Origin: Phycisphaerae bacterium
GTDB lineage: Bacteria; Planctomycetota; Phycisphaerae; UBA1845
NCBI GenBank assembly: GCA_029260015.1
Contig: JAJDEB010000034.1
Location: 146,031-210,030, forward strand
Length of the DNA: 64,000 bases
Reading direction: 5' to 3'
Part shown: in pieces, positions 45,998-55,065 of the stretch
Layout of the letters: each line of letters begins with the position of its first letter
Numbering within the stretch: the first letter of the stretch is position 1
The notes under the pieces: generated by a model
Seen by the model: the letters and a program-made list of their open reading frames with translations, nothing else
Database searches by the model: none
Told to the model about the DNA's origin: nothing
Translations under genes and position numbers: made by a program

Positions 45998-47092
45998 ATG
46001 AAAATCATCAACATTTGCGGTGCCCGTCCCAACTTCATGAAAATTGCGCCGCTTATGCGTGCCTACAAGAAACATGGCAATATCGAACCGATGCTGATTC
46101 ACACGGGCCAGCACTATGACGCGAATATGTCTGACCTGTTCTTCAAGCAACTGGGCATTCCGGAACCAGATATTAATCTCGAGATCGGATCAGCCAGCCA
46201 TGCCGTTCAGACGGCGGAGATCATGAAGCGGTTTGAAACCGTCGCGATTGAAGAGAAGCCCGATTGGGTGGTCGTGGTTGGCGACGTCAACAGCACGATC
46301 GCCTGTGCGTTGGTTGCGACCAAACTCGGAATCAAGGTCGCGCATGTCGAAGCCGGTCTACGAAGTTTCGATCGCAACATGCCCGAGGAGATCAACCGTG
46401 TGCTGACCGATTCGATTTCGGACTTGCTATTCGTGACCGAACCGAGCGGCATGGAAAACCTAAAGAATGAAGGTGTTGCCGATGACAAAGTTCATTTTGT
46501 CGGTAACGTCATGATCGACACGCTCCGCGCCAATTTTGACAAAGCGCAGGAATCAAAAATTGTCGAGTCGCTCAATCTGGAAGCAAAAGGCTATAACGTC
46601 GTGACGCTCCACCGCCCCAGCAATGTTGACGACGTCACCACCATGAGTCGCATTGTCGATGTCATCGATGAAATTCAGAAAGACTTACCCACGGTCTTCC
46701 CGATGCATCCCCGTACCAAACACAACCTCGGCAAGCTCGGGTTGGCCGACCGACTTGAAGCCATGGAAAATCTTAAAATTATCGAACCGGTCGGTTATCT
46801 AGATTTCCTGAAGCTCACCGGCAGTGCAGCCGTCGTCCTGACCGACTCCGGCGGCATTCAAGAAGAGGCGACCATCCTCGGCGTCTGGTGCCTCACCCTT
46901 CGCGAAAACACCGAACGACCAGTGACCATCGATCAGGGAACCAACACACTAGTCGGAACCGATCCGACCAAGATACTCGACGCATACCGCAACTGTCGCA
47001 GCCAAGCCGTCGGTGATGCCCAGACCCCCGAGAAATGGGATGGCAAAGCGGCAGAACGCATCGCAGACATCCTCGCCAAGCAACCCGCCTGA
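45998..47092 (+). CDS. wecB: UDP-N-acetylglucosamine 2-epimerase (non-hydrolysing), divergent paralogue 2
   Basis: Blocks ICGARPNFMKIAP, HTGQHYD, GDVNSTIA, AHVEAGLRSFD, PEEINR and LTDSGGIQEEATILGVWCLTLR are present. Confidence 0.9.
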   Translation: MKIINICGARPNFMKIAPLMRAYKKHGNIEPMLIHTGQHYDANMSDLFFKQLGIPEPDINLEIGSASHAVQTAEIMKRFETVAIEEKPDWVVVVGDVNSTIACALVATKLGIKVAHVEAGLRSFDRNMPEEINRVLTDSISDLLFVTEPSGMENLKNEGVADDKVHFVGNVMIDTLRANFDKAQESKIVESLNLEAKGYNVVTLHRPSNVDDVTTMSRIVDVIDEIQKDLPTVFPMHPRTKHNLGKLGLADRLEAMENLKIIEPVGYLDFLKLTGSAAVVLTDSGGIQEEATILGVWCLTLRENTERPVTIDQGTNTLVGTDPTKILDAYRNCRSQAVGDAQTPEKWDGKAAERIADILAKQPA

Positions 47093-47133
47093 TACCTTAA
47101 TCTCTAATATCGAATTTGAGTCTTTCGAGACCC

Positions 47134-47154
47134 GACCGGGCAACCGGTTTGTTT
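47134..47154 (+). terminator. Candidate intrinsic terminator between convergent genes
   Basis: The sequence GACCGG-GCAA-CCGGTT forms a 6-bp stem including one G-U pair, with a GNRA loop, followed by TGTTT. It lies 41 nt after the wecB-2 stop. Confidence 0.3.
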
Positions 47155-48238
47155 AAGGAGTGCCAAACGCGATCCAAAATGCGTTTGCATCGGCCAGATC
47201 GACGTCACCATCTGTGTCGGCATCAAAGACTTCAAGGCAATCCGGTGACATGACTGGTGGATTTTCATCCGGGCCGGCCAGGCAATCGTGCATTACCGCG
47301 TAGTCAATCAAGTCAACGTCGCCATCGCAGTCTGAGTCCCCAATGATTCCGGGTTCCGTAGTGGCTGAGAAGTGGAAGAAATTCAAGAGATTGATGGACC
47401 CACCGGATAGGAACGGTCCGCTCACCGAATTGTCACCGGTATCGATGAGCGACAAGTTGTTGGCGTTGGCGACAAAGATTCCGCCAACCGGACTGTTTTC
47501 CAGGCCGATTGGAAAACCGAAGTTAATGGTGGTGACGAAGTTGTCGGTATCTAGGTCGTAACGATATACGGTGTTGTTGGAGACGAAATACAGGTCGCCA
47601 TTGTCGCCGAATTGCAATCCGAATGTGTTACCGTTCGTCAGGCCATCGGTGCTGTCGGCGAGTACTTCTTCAAACGCACCGGTCGAACCGTTGTAGACGA
47701 TGACATCGGCGCTGTACCTCCCCGCCACATAGAACCGCCCGTCGGGCCCAAATGCCATTCCGCTGGGGCCATCCAACCCGCCCGAACTAGCAGTGACAAA
47801 CGCGTCAATCAGCACTCCGCTCTGGTCATATCGCAGAACTTCGTCGCTCGCCTGACTCGATACATACAAATTGTTGTCCGGTCCCACCAGAATATACACC
47901 GGGTCATTCAATCCACTGGCCGAGTCAATGAACACATCGATCAGCACCCCGGTGTCGCGGTCGTAGCGCAGAACCTGATCGGTCCCGAAACTAGTCACCA
48001 ACACGTCTGTACCGCGATCGAGAATACCGTGCGGCTGATCCAAGCCGGTCGCTGAAGCCGCCGAAACGAACGTGTCGATATACAGACCCGTCGTCGCGTC
48101 GTATCGCAAAACTTCATGCCCGAAATCGCTGCTGACGTATAGGATATTGCTCGGACATTGCGGTGCGGCGAGCGCGCTCGCGGTGAAGCAGCAAGACACG
48201 CCCCAACACATCGCAATACACCGCACCCAATGATTCAT
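47153..48238 (-). CDS. Secreted NHL-repeat beta-propeller protein with a C-terminal dockerin-like module
   Basis: A signal peptide is followed by six repeats of the type G.D.VLRYD..TG..ID.F....SGL..P. Confidence 0.75.
   Translation of the reverse strand: MNHWVRCIAMCWGVSCCFTASALAAPQCPSNILYVSSDFGHEVLRYDATTGLYIDTFVSAASATGLDQPHGILDRGTDVLVTSFGTDQVLRYDRDTGVLIDVFIDSASGLNDPVYILVGPDNNLYVSSQASDEVLRYDQSGVLIDAFVTASSGGLDGPSGMAFGPDGRFYVAGRYSADVIVYNGSTGAFEEVLADSTDGLTNGNTFGLQFGDNGDLYFVSNNTVYRYDLDTDNFVTTINFGFPIGLENSPVGGIFVANANNLSLIDTGDNSVSGPFLSGGSINLLNFFHFSATTEPGIIGDSDCDGDVDLIDYAVMHDCLAGPDENPPVMSPDCLEVFDADTDGDVDLADANAFWIAFGTP
47156..47338 (-). other. Dockerin-like paired EF-hand/Cys module (C-terminal)
   Basis: DSDCDGDVDLIDYAVMHDCLAGPDENPPVMSPDCLEVFDADTDGDVDLADANAFWIAFGTP. 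Confidence 0.65.
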
Positions 48239-48244
48239 ACCGTA

Positions 48245-51106
48245 CTATCCCGTAAATGCAGCTTGCATCGCCGCGAAGTCGACAAGATCAATCTCGCTAT
48301 TGCTATCCGCGTCGAAGCAATCGCAAGGCGTTCCGCTCGAAGGCACCGACGGTCCAAGCAGGCAGTTGACGAATTCTGCCAGGTCGGCTTCGTCAACGTC
48401 ACCATCGACATCGTGGTCGCCGCTACCCGGTACACAACTGGCCACCGTACACTGCACTTCAAAAATCTCAAAGTCGTCAACACCGGCTTCGACGACCGAC
48501 TGCGTTCCGACATCTTCTGCGGTGAATCGGATGCGGAATTGATTGGTCACAGGAATCGCGTAGGCCTTTTCAAACCAGCCCCCACTGATCTGTGGATTCT
48601 CATCGGCGGTCGTCGGTCCGACGGTTTCCAATTCCGTCCAACTGCCCCCACCGTTGTCGGAAATCTCAACGATGAATCGATCTGTTCCCGGACCACCACC
48701 CGTATCATTTGAGAACCATCGGGCGTAACGAACTTGCGGAGCGCTAAATGCGGACGTATCAAACACGGGCGAAGTGAGCGTCACCGAGCCGTCGTCCACG
48801 TCACTGTTGCAACCGTTGGCGGCGCTGTTGTCTGTCAACCAGCACTGACCGGAACCATCAGAATCGGACGGCGGATCGCCGCGATCACAATCCACGGGTG
48901 TACCACGAGTCCAGGGGCCGTCACCAGATGCGTCGGTCGTCGTCCAACCGTTGTCGCTTTCAAAGTTGTCGGCGACTTGGGTGACAAGTTCCGTTGCTAC
49001 CAATGCAGAATAAGTGTCGCCCGGTGCAGCAACGGGATCCTGAACGTCGCCGCAGGTGGCTGAAGTGGAGATGAAATACTCAATCGTCTCACCGCAATCG
49101 GCGGCTGGCAGTTGGGCCTCATACGCGTCGCCACCGATCGAGGTCAAAGGCGATACACTAAACGGTCCGGATGTTCCGACTCGAAAGTTAAGGTTTGCAG
49201 AAACCGGATCGTCAGATGTGATGGTTAACGGTAGCGTTGTCGTCTGATTCGGATCCACCAAGGCGGGCCGACCAGTTGGGTAATCGATCGTCACGACATC
49301 AAACGCCGGACAGTCCATATTGTGGGCACCGAATCCAGCGCAGATCTCTGCACAATGCGGCGTGCCGTTGGATATGTCGGCATCATCGTCATCCAGCGTC
49401 AAGTAATCAATCGTGATCTGTGGCGTGATGCTTGAGCCACTGTGAAGCGGCATGCTGTTGATCGCCAGTTGTGCAATGATCTCGCGATAAGTGCCAGGAT
49501 TCGTTGCGAGCAGTTCGTTTCGCACACTCCAAACGCAACCGGAAATGAGCGTTCCGCAGAAGTGAACTTCACCGCTGCATGGATATTGCATGGTGTTGTC
49601 GGCGTCACGAAGCGGTTCACCGCAGTCGCCGAAGAATCCATAACCCGTTCCTGAGACATCCTGGATCACCATCGAAACAACGTCACCCATGCCCTCACCA
49701 TATTGGCCCTGACCGCTACCCGCGACCTGAACCAGGTGGTGACCGTATTCATGATAAATCACGCTATTCCAAGACGTATTCGGTCGCCCTCCGCCAGCCG
49801 CACAAAACCTTAGGTTATTGCCTTGATATTGGGCATTGCCTGGGCAGAAACCGTTGGCACCTTCATTGACGGTAATGCTGTAACCCGTTTGACCGCCAAT
49901 CACCGGATATGCCGGATTGATGTTCAGCACGAAATCGCGTACGTCGTTGGCATAAAAGTACGCGTTGACTTCACCCCGACTGTACTCATCATTAACGGCG
50001 TTGAATTCGAAGTTGACTGGCCCGGGCGGCGTGACCAATGACGACAGCGTTGATTCATCACCATCGAGCGAACTGTCACCATTGTAGGTGAACACTTCAA
50101 AGAATTCGCCGCGAACGGCTGAGTCTACTGTGACGTTTGAGCTGCCACCGTTGGGAATCGTGAAGTCGCCGTTGATGTCTGCAAAGGCGTCCGTGCCACC
50201 AATGCTAGCAATGTTATACGGCATCGGTGTCAGCACTTCGGCTTCACATTGTTCTGAACCAATGCCTTCTGTGACAAATCCGCTCACGTTTCCGTTGACG
50301 TCGATTTCGAGAATCTGGTTTTCTTTGAAAAGAATTTTTCCGGATTCAAGGTCGGTGACGAATAGCCATTTTGAATCGATGCCGTCAGCCGCTGGCATAT
50401 TGTCGGCGATAAATGTCAGCGCCAATCTCGGCGTCGCTTCCACTTCGTCATACCCCGCCCAGATCACCGGCTTGGCCACGGTAAAGTTGACAAACGTGTT
50501 GTCGAAGTTTTGAGCAGCTTGCCGTGCCAGCGTGAATCGTCCTGCCTTGTACGTCGCGTCACCCAATCGGTTTCTAGTCTCATTTGTGACGGTGAACGCC
50601 CCCAGGTCCTTCACTGCGGAAGCGGCATTCACCAGCGGGAAGTCATCTTCGTTGCGGACAAGAAGCTTTAGATCGCCTCGAAAAACGGGAACGTCGTTTT
50701 GAACTTGACGATAGTGGACGAGCGTGAATTTGTAGGTGCCCGTCTGCGGATCGTACATCAGCGGCTGAGCGTGTTCGGCGCCCTCAATTCTATTCTGCGG
50801 GAGAAGGTCAGCTGGTGAAGTTCCCAACACGCGAGCGTTGGCAAAGCGAAAGCGTTCGGCTGAATCTACCGCTGAGGTGCCGATCGAAAACGCCTGACCA
50901 TAAATTTTTCGAACGTCTCGATTCTGTTTGATGATGACGGCTTTGGGGTTTTCTCGTACGAACTGCGCTTCCGCGTCGGCGCGAAGCTTTTGAAGTTGCT
51001 GCACATTTGGCGCAATTCCATCAGGACTATCCTGCGCCATTGATTGCGTCGGAACACCAAGGGGCAATGCAAGTACAGCTACGATCAAACAATTTGAAAG
51101 CTTCAC
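48245..51106 (-). CDS. Secreted gluzincin-type metalloprotease (HExxH) with Ig-like, MAM-like and dockerin-like C-terminal domains
   Basis: The signal peptide is MKLSNCLIVAVLALPLGVPTQSMAQ. The zinc site reads VIYHEYGHHLV...GQYGEGMGDVVS. The MAM-like block reads FESDNGWTT...IVEISDNGGGSWTELE. Confidence 0.75.
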   Translation of the reverse strand: MKLSNCLIVAVLALPLGVPTQSMAQDSPDGIAPNVQQLQKLRADAEAQFVRENPKAVIIKQNRDVRKIYGQAFSIGTSAVDSAERFRFANARVLGTSPADLLPQNRIEGAEHAQPLMYDPQTGTYKFTLVHYRQVQNDVPVFRGDLKLLVRNEDDFPLVNAASAVKDLGAFTVTNETRNRLGDATYKAGRFTLARQAAQNFDNTFVNFTVAKPVIWAGYDEVEATPRLALTFIADNMPAADGIDSKWLFVTDLESGKILFKENQILEIDVNGNVSGFVTEGIGSEQCEAEVLTPMPYNIASIGGTDAFADINGDFTIPNGGSSNVTVDSAVRGEFFEVFTYNGDSSLDGDESTLSSLVTPPGPVNFEFNAVNDEYSRGEVNAYFYANDVRDFVLNINPAYPVIGGQTGYSITVNEGANGFCPGNAQYQGNNLRFCAAGGGRPNTSWNSVIYHEYGHHLVQVAGSGQGQYGEGMGDVVSMVIQDVSGTGYGFFGDCGEPLRDADNTMQYPCSGEVHFCGTLISGCVWSVRNELLATNPGTYREIIAQLAINSMPLHSGSSITPQITIDYLTLDDDDADISNGTPHCAEICAGFGAHNMDCPAFDVVTIDYPTGRPALVDPNQTTTLPLTITSDDPVSANLNFRVGTSGPFSVSPLTSIGGDAYEAQLPAADCGETIEYFISTSATCGDVQDPVAAPGDTYSALVATELVTQVADNFESDNGWTTTDASGDGPWTRGTPVDCDRGDPPSDSDGSGQCWLTDNSAANGCNSDVDDGSVTLTSPVFDTSAFSAPQVRYARWFSNDTGGGPGTDRFIVEISDNGGGSWTELETVGPTTADENPQISGGWFEKAYAIPVTNQFRIRFTAEDVGTQSVVEAGVDDFEIFEVQCTVASCVPGSGDHDVDGDVDEADLAEFVNCLLGPSVPSSGTPCDCFDADSNSEIDLVDFAAMQAAFTG
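48248..48421 (-). other. Dockerin-like paired EF-hand/Cys module (C-terminal)
   Basis: GDHDVDGDVDEADLAEFVNCLLGPSVPSSGTPCDCFDADSNSEIDLVDFAAMQAAFTG. Confidence 0.65.
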
Positions 51107-51438
51107 GCGTTCACTCCTCCGGAAGATTGCCAGGATCTGGTATGACAGAACTTGGCTTGAATGCGACGCCTATGTACACGCCGCCCACCACACACACTCA
51201 AAGTTCACGATGGTCACACCCCTGCGAGCCAATCGCAAACACTTTCCCCATTTTGTACGAACCAAGAACAACGGCTTAACATTCGGGAATATGCTAAAGC
51301 GTAAGTGAATGACCGGCGCGATTCAACGTGTGTCCGTACTATGTCGCTTGCATGCCCTGGGTGTGTCGGTGCAAGCAGAACCATTCATCAAACTTATGCA
51401 ATTCGAAACGGTTCCGTCCGAATATCATTTGCAAACTT

Positions 51439-52524
51439 TTATAGTCCGCGTTGGGTCAACAAGTAGACTGCAAAGCTTCCCAACCAATGTCCGCCTTCAT
51501 AATGCTCGCCTGTCACCGACGCAACACCGGCTTCTCGATGGCCTGCGGCGCACGCTCGAACGATCGGTACGCGCTTATCTTCCTTTGGCAGCCCAGATGC
51601 GATGCCTTCCAACATCCACGCTCGGGAAATATTCAATCCGTCCAGATGCACAAGGTGTCCGTCGGTCTTGTCGGAAACTATCGCCGGTCTGAGCCAATCC
51701 GGTTGACTCTTGGCATTTAATTCCGGAAGGAAACGACCTAGCCAATCGCTGAAAGTTGCTGGCTTTAAGACGCGACGCATGAGATCCGCTTCGGCAATGA
51801 TAGGTGACAAAAACGCTTGCCCGTCAGGTTCGAACGCGAGGTTGGCCACCCGATCGGCCAGATAGAAATCCTTCACTCGCCGTGTGACCAGCGATTCCAT
51901 ATCCGTATCACCCGTGGATCGCGCCCAATCCAGCACCAACCCCAACGCGAATGCAGTTTGACTGTGCTCGCCGGTTCGCACCGGGTGCGAAAGTTTCGGC
52001 AGCCACGTTTTGAGGCGACTTGCTGCTTCTTTCTCCAACGGTTCCAGAATATCGGCCCACTCTTGTGATTTCGGATGATCCCATTCGTGAAGTTCTGCCG
52101 CCAACTGCAAAAACCACGCGAGGCCATACGGGCGCTCAAACGTACCTCGCCCTTTCGTCTTCATGTACGCCAATTCAGCCGCCACCTTTTCAGCGGTGAA
52201 ACTCTGATCGAGCGCGGTCATGGCATCGCGAACGAACGGCGCACCCGGCTGAGTTCTGCAAAGTCGCACCAGCAGCCAGTGTCCATGCACGGCTGAATGC
52301 CAATCAAAACAACCGTAAAACACCGGCGTCAATTCGCGTGGCGTCTTGGCGTCTTCCGGTGAAGACATGACGTGGGAAATCTTGTTGGGAAATTCTCGAT
52401 GGACACAGTCGAGGGCAAGTCGCGCGAATCTATCCGCCGATCGGGCATCAACAGATGGATTGCTTTCGGCAATCGCTAAAACGGGAAAAACAAACGCAGC
52501 TATTGCAAGCGCACGCCAACCCAT
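51439..52524 (-). CDS. DUF2891-like secreted protein (alpha/alpha toroid-like)
   Basis: The signal peptide is MGWRALAIAAFVFPVLAIA. The block FYGCFDWHSAVHGHWLL matches my recollection of the DUF2891 family. Confidence 0.55.
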   Translation of the reverse strand: MGWRALAIAAFVFPVLAIAESNPSVDARSADRFARLALDCVHREFPNKISHVMSSPEDAKTPRELTPVFYGCFDWHSAVHGHWLLVRLCRTQPGAPFVRDAMTALDQSFTAEKVAAELAYMKTKGRGTFERPYGLAWFLQLAAELHEWDHPKSQEWADILEPLEKEAASRLKTWLPKLSHPVRTGEHSQTAFALGLVLDWARSTGDTDMESLVTRRVKDFYLADRVANLAFEPDGQAFLSPIIAEADLMRRVLKPATFSDWLGRFLPELNAKSQPDWLRPAIVSDKTDGHLVHLDGLNISRAWMLEGIASGLPKEDKRVPIVRACAAGHREAGVASVTGEHYEGGHWLGSFAVYLLTQRGL

Positions 52525-52568
52525 GGCGATCCTCCTTGATCAATGTAGTGATGTCTGTGCTTGATACC

Positions 52569-54809
52569 TTACGGTCCGAGCAATCCCGATTCCCATGCTG
52601 CGTAATCCTCACCGTCAATGTCGCCGTCGAGATCAATGTCGGCAGCGGTACACGCGTTTGATTCCAATGGGCCATAGAGCGCCGGGAAACACGTACACGA
52701 ACCTGCACCAGTGAAGCATTGCTGCATGAGGGCAAAATCCTCAAGATCAACGTTTCCATCGTCTGTCAAATCCGGATCCTGCGGGTCGCACTCTGCCTGC
52801 GTGACCAGCACATCGTCAATCGCGACTTCAACAATGTCGCCAGAGACGGGCCCGTCGGTGGCCATAAACCGCAAGCGCATCTGACTGGTCGGAACAACAA
52901 AATCGCTGACCATGAATTGCACGAGTTCCCAACCGCCACCGCCCGGCGAAAGGGATTCGATGGTTGTCCACGATGATCCATCGTTGTTCGAGATTTCGGC
53001 GATGTACCCGTCATCACCTCCGAGGTCGCGTTCGTAGAACCAACGATAGTACGAAACCTGCGCGTCTTCAGTTCCAAGATCAAACGACGGAGAGGTCAAG
53101 ATGACTGTTCCGCTATCCACATCTTCCGAGCCTTGCGCTCCGGTTGGGTTGGTCGCTGTATACATACAATTACCCGCTCCGGTTGGCGTGTGATCATTTT
53201 CGGGTTGGGCCCCCGTGCCAACTGGATCGCCGCGAACAAACGTGCCCGTTGTTGCCGAGTCGGGACCGGTGGCCCAACCTTCATCGGTGTCAAAGTCGTC
53301 GGCGAATACGATATTGATTGTGTCGGCGACGGTTGCAGTGTAGACGTTTGCAGGCGCGTCACCGGGGTCGGTCACCGTCAAGCCCGCTTCGGTCTCGGCG
53401 CTGAAATAGTATGCAATTTCCTGTCCGCACAACGCGGGCGGAAGAGACGTCAAGTATTGTTCGGGGCCATTGGAAGTCATCGGAACTGCGACGAAGCCAC
53501 CACCCAAGTCATAATGGAGCATTCCAGTGTTGGGTTTGTGGACGCCATTGCATCGCCCCGTCAGGCTCATTGAGATATCCGTAGAACTCGCCGGTGCGAG
53601 TGAATCGGGTAGCGCTGATGCATATTCAAAATCAAGCACGCCCAGCAGATCACTGGCAGCCAATGCGTCGCTGACATCCAGCACGAATAGTCCGCGGTCG
53701 ATGTCGCTGATGATCACCGATCCACTCGGAAAGAATGGGTAGTTGTTCCACGCCCCATCAAAGTTGACGGAATCATTTTCTGGATGGGTGTCATAGAATC
53801 CAACTTCAACCGGTGCGAGCGGGTTCGCAATATTCACGACCCTAAGACCCGAACTGTAATTGGCTTGGAACATCACGCATTCGTCGATGTAAAGATTGTG
53901 ATCGCGTGATTGTAGACCCGTTGTGAATGTTCCCGTGAGTACCGGATTGGACAGGTCTTCAATATTAAAGATCAGCGTGCGGGTCGTCGGGACTCCAGGA
54001 TCACCTTCATCCAATTCATCATTGGCGTACAGATACTTGCGATCCGGCGTCGTCCAACCCTGATGGCAATAATCAACACCCGGATACGGTGTTCGCGACA
54101 TGAGGAACATGTTACTTTTGTCGGTCACATCAACGATATCCACACCGCGTCCTTCACTGAAACCAAAAAGGATTTCTCTACCGGCATATGGACCCGACGT
54201 ATAATTGACGATGTGGGCATCGTGATGATATGCAGACGAAGGTTCGGTCCAGCGACCGGCTTCTGGTGGATTGACGGGGTTAATATTTAAGTCATACGCC
54301 ACCGGCGCTCCTCCGTTGATGGTGGCCCCCGCCAGATACAGGAATCCGCTGTCCGTATTGATCGCAACATTGTGGCTGTCCGATACACCGCTCGTCGTAA
54401 ACCGCGTTACCAGTGTCACGTTGCCGTTGTCAACATCACTCAGATCGATCACATCAACACCGCCGCCTGTTTCGTTGACGACATAGGCGTAATCGCCAAA
54501 TGTCTTGACGTCACACCAATCACTCGTCGAGTGGCCGACCGATCCAATGATGACGGGATTTACCGGGTCGGTAATTTCCACAACGATGAGCTTCGTGGTC
54601 ACACCCATCAGTGCGTATTCGCGACCGGATGAAGAAACGTAACCCCAACTGTCACAACCGGCACCCGCTGTCAGATCGGTCAAGTCCAGCCACGACTGCT
54701 GTGTGACGTTAAGGCTTTGGAATTGAGCAATCGCGCTGCTTTGAGACATCAAACACGTCAGCATGACAACGATTGCAGGTAATTTTCGCATTGCGAGATA
54801 ACGATGCAT
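52569..54809 (-). CDS. Secreted LVIVD-repeat (choice-of-anchor-B-like) beta-propeller protein with Ig-like, MAM-like and dockerin-like C-terminal domains
   Basis: There is a signal peptide. LVIVD-type repeats include LIVVEITDPVNPV, VDVIDLSDVDNG, VDIVDVTDKSN, LRVVNIANPLAPV and LFVLDVSDA. The MAM-like block reads FDTDEGWAT...IAEISNNDGSSWTTIE. Confidence 0.7.
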   Translation of the reverse strand: MHRYLAMRKLPAIVVMLTCLMSQSSAIAQFQSLNVTQQSWLDLTDLTAGAGCDSWGYVSSSGREYALMGVTTKLIVVEITDPVNPVIIGSVGHSTSDWCDVKTFGDYAYVVNETGGGVDVIDLSDVDNGNVTLVTRFTTSGVSDSHNVAINTDSGFLYLAGATINGGAPVAYDLNINPVNPPEAGRWTEPSSAYHHDAHIVNYTSGPYAGREILFGFSEGRGVDIVDVTDKSNMFLMSRTPYPGVDYCHQGWTTPDRKYLYANDELDEGDPGVPTTRTLIFNIEDLSNPVLTGTFTTGLQSRDHNLYIDECVMFQANYSSGLRVVNIANPLAPVEVGFYDTHPENDSVNFDGAWNNYPFFPSGSVIISDIDRGLFVLDVSDALAASDLLGVLDFEYASALPDSLAPASSTDISMSLTGRCNGVHKPNTGMLHYDLGGGFVAVPMTSNGPEQYLTSLPPALCGQEIAYYFSAETEAGLTVTDPGDAPANVYTATVADTINIVFADDFDTDEGWATGPDSATTGTFVRGDPVGTGAQPENDHTPTGAGNCMYTATNPTGAQGSEDVDSGTVILTSPSFDLGTEDAQVSYYRWFYERDLGGDDGYIAEISNNDGSSWTTIESLSPGGGGWELVQFMVSDFVVPTSQMRLRFMATDGPVSGDIVEVAIDDVLVTQAECDPQDPDLTDDGNVDLEDFALMQQCFTGAGSCTCFPALYGPLESNACTAADIDLDGDIDGEDYAAWESGLLGP
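52572..52778 (-). other. Dockerin-like paired EF-hand/Cys module (C-terminal)
   Basis: DPDLTDDGNVDLEDFALMQQCFTGAGSCTCFPALYGPLESNACTAADIDLDGDIDGEDYAAWESGLLGP. Confidence 0.65.
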
Positions 54810-55065
54810 TCAATGAACCCTTCTTGGATGAACTGTATTGATTCAGGTGCCAACCGATACGATGTTTCCGGTGGCGATAACCGACTGACCAGCTGAATAT
54901 TTCTGAACGGAACTTGCGTTACAGAATCGTGAGTATACCACCGATGCGGTCACGCCTTCAAACTTTCAAATGATGTAGGATTTGCGTCTGAAGTGTGTAC
55001 ACCTTGACTGGTTTGTCGGTTGATCCGTATGATCAACGATTGCAGCACTGCGTCGACAATACTCA

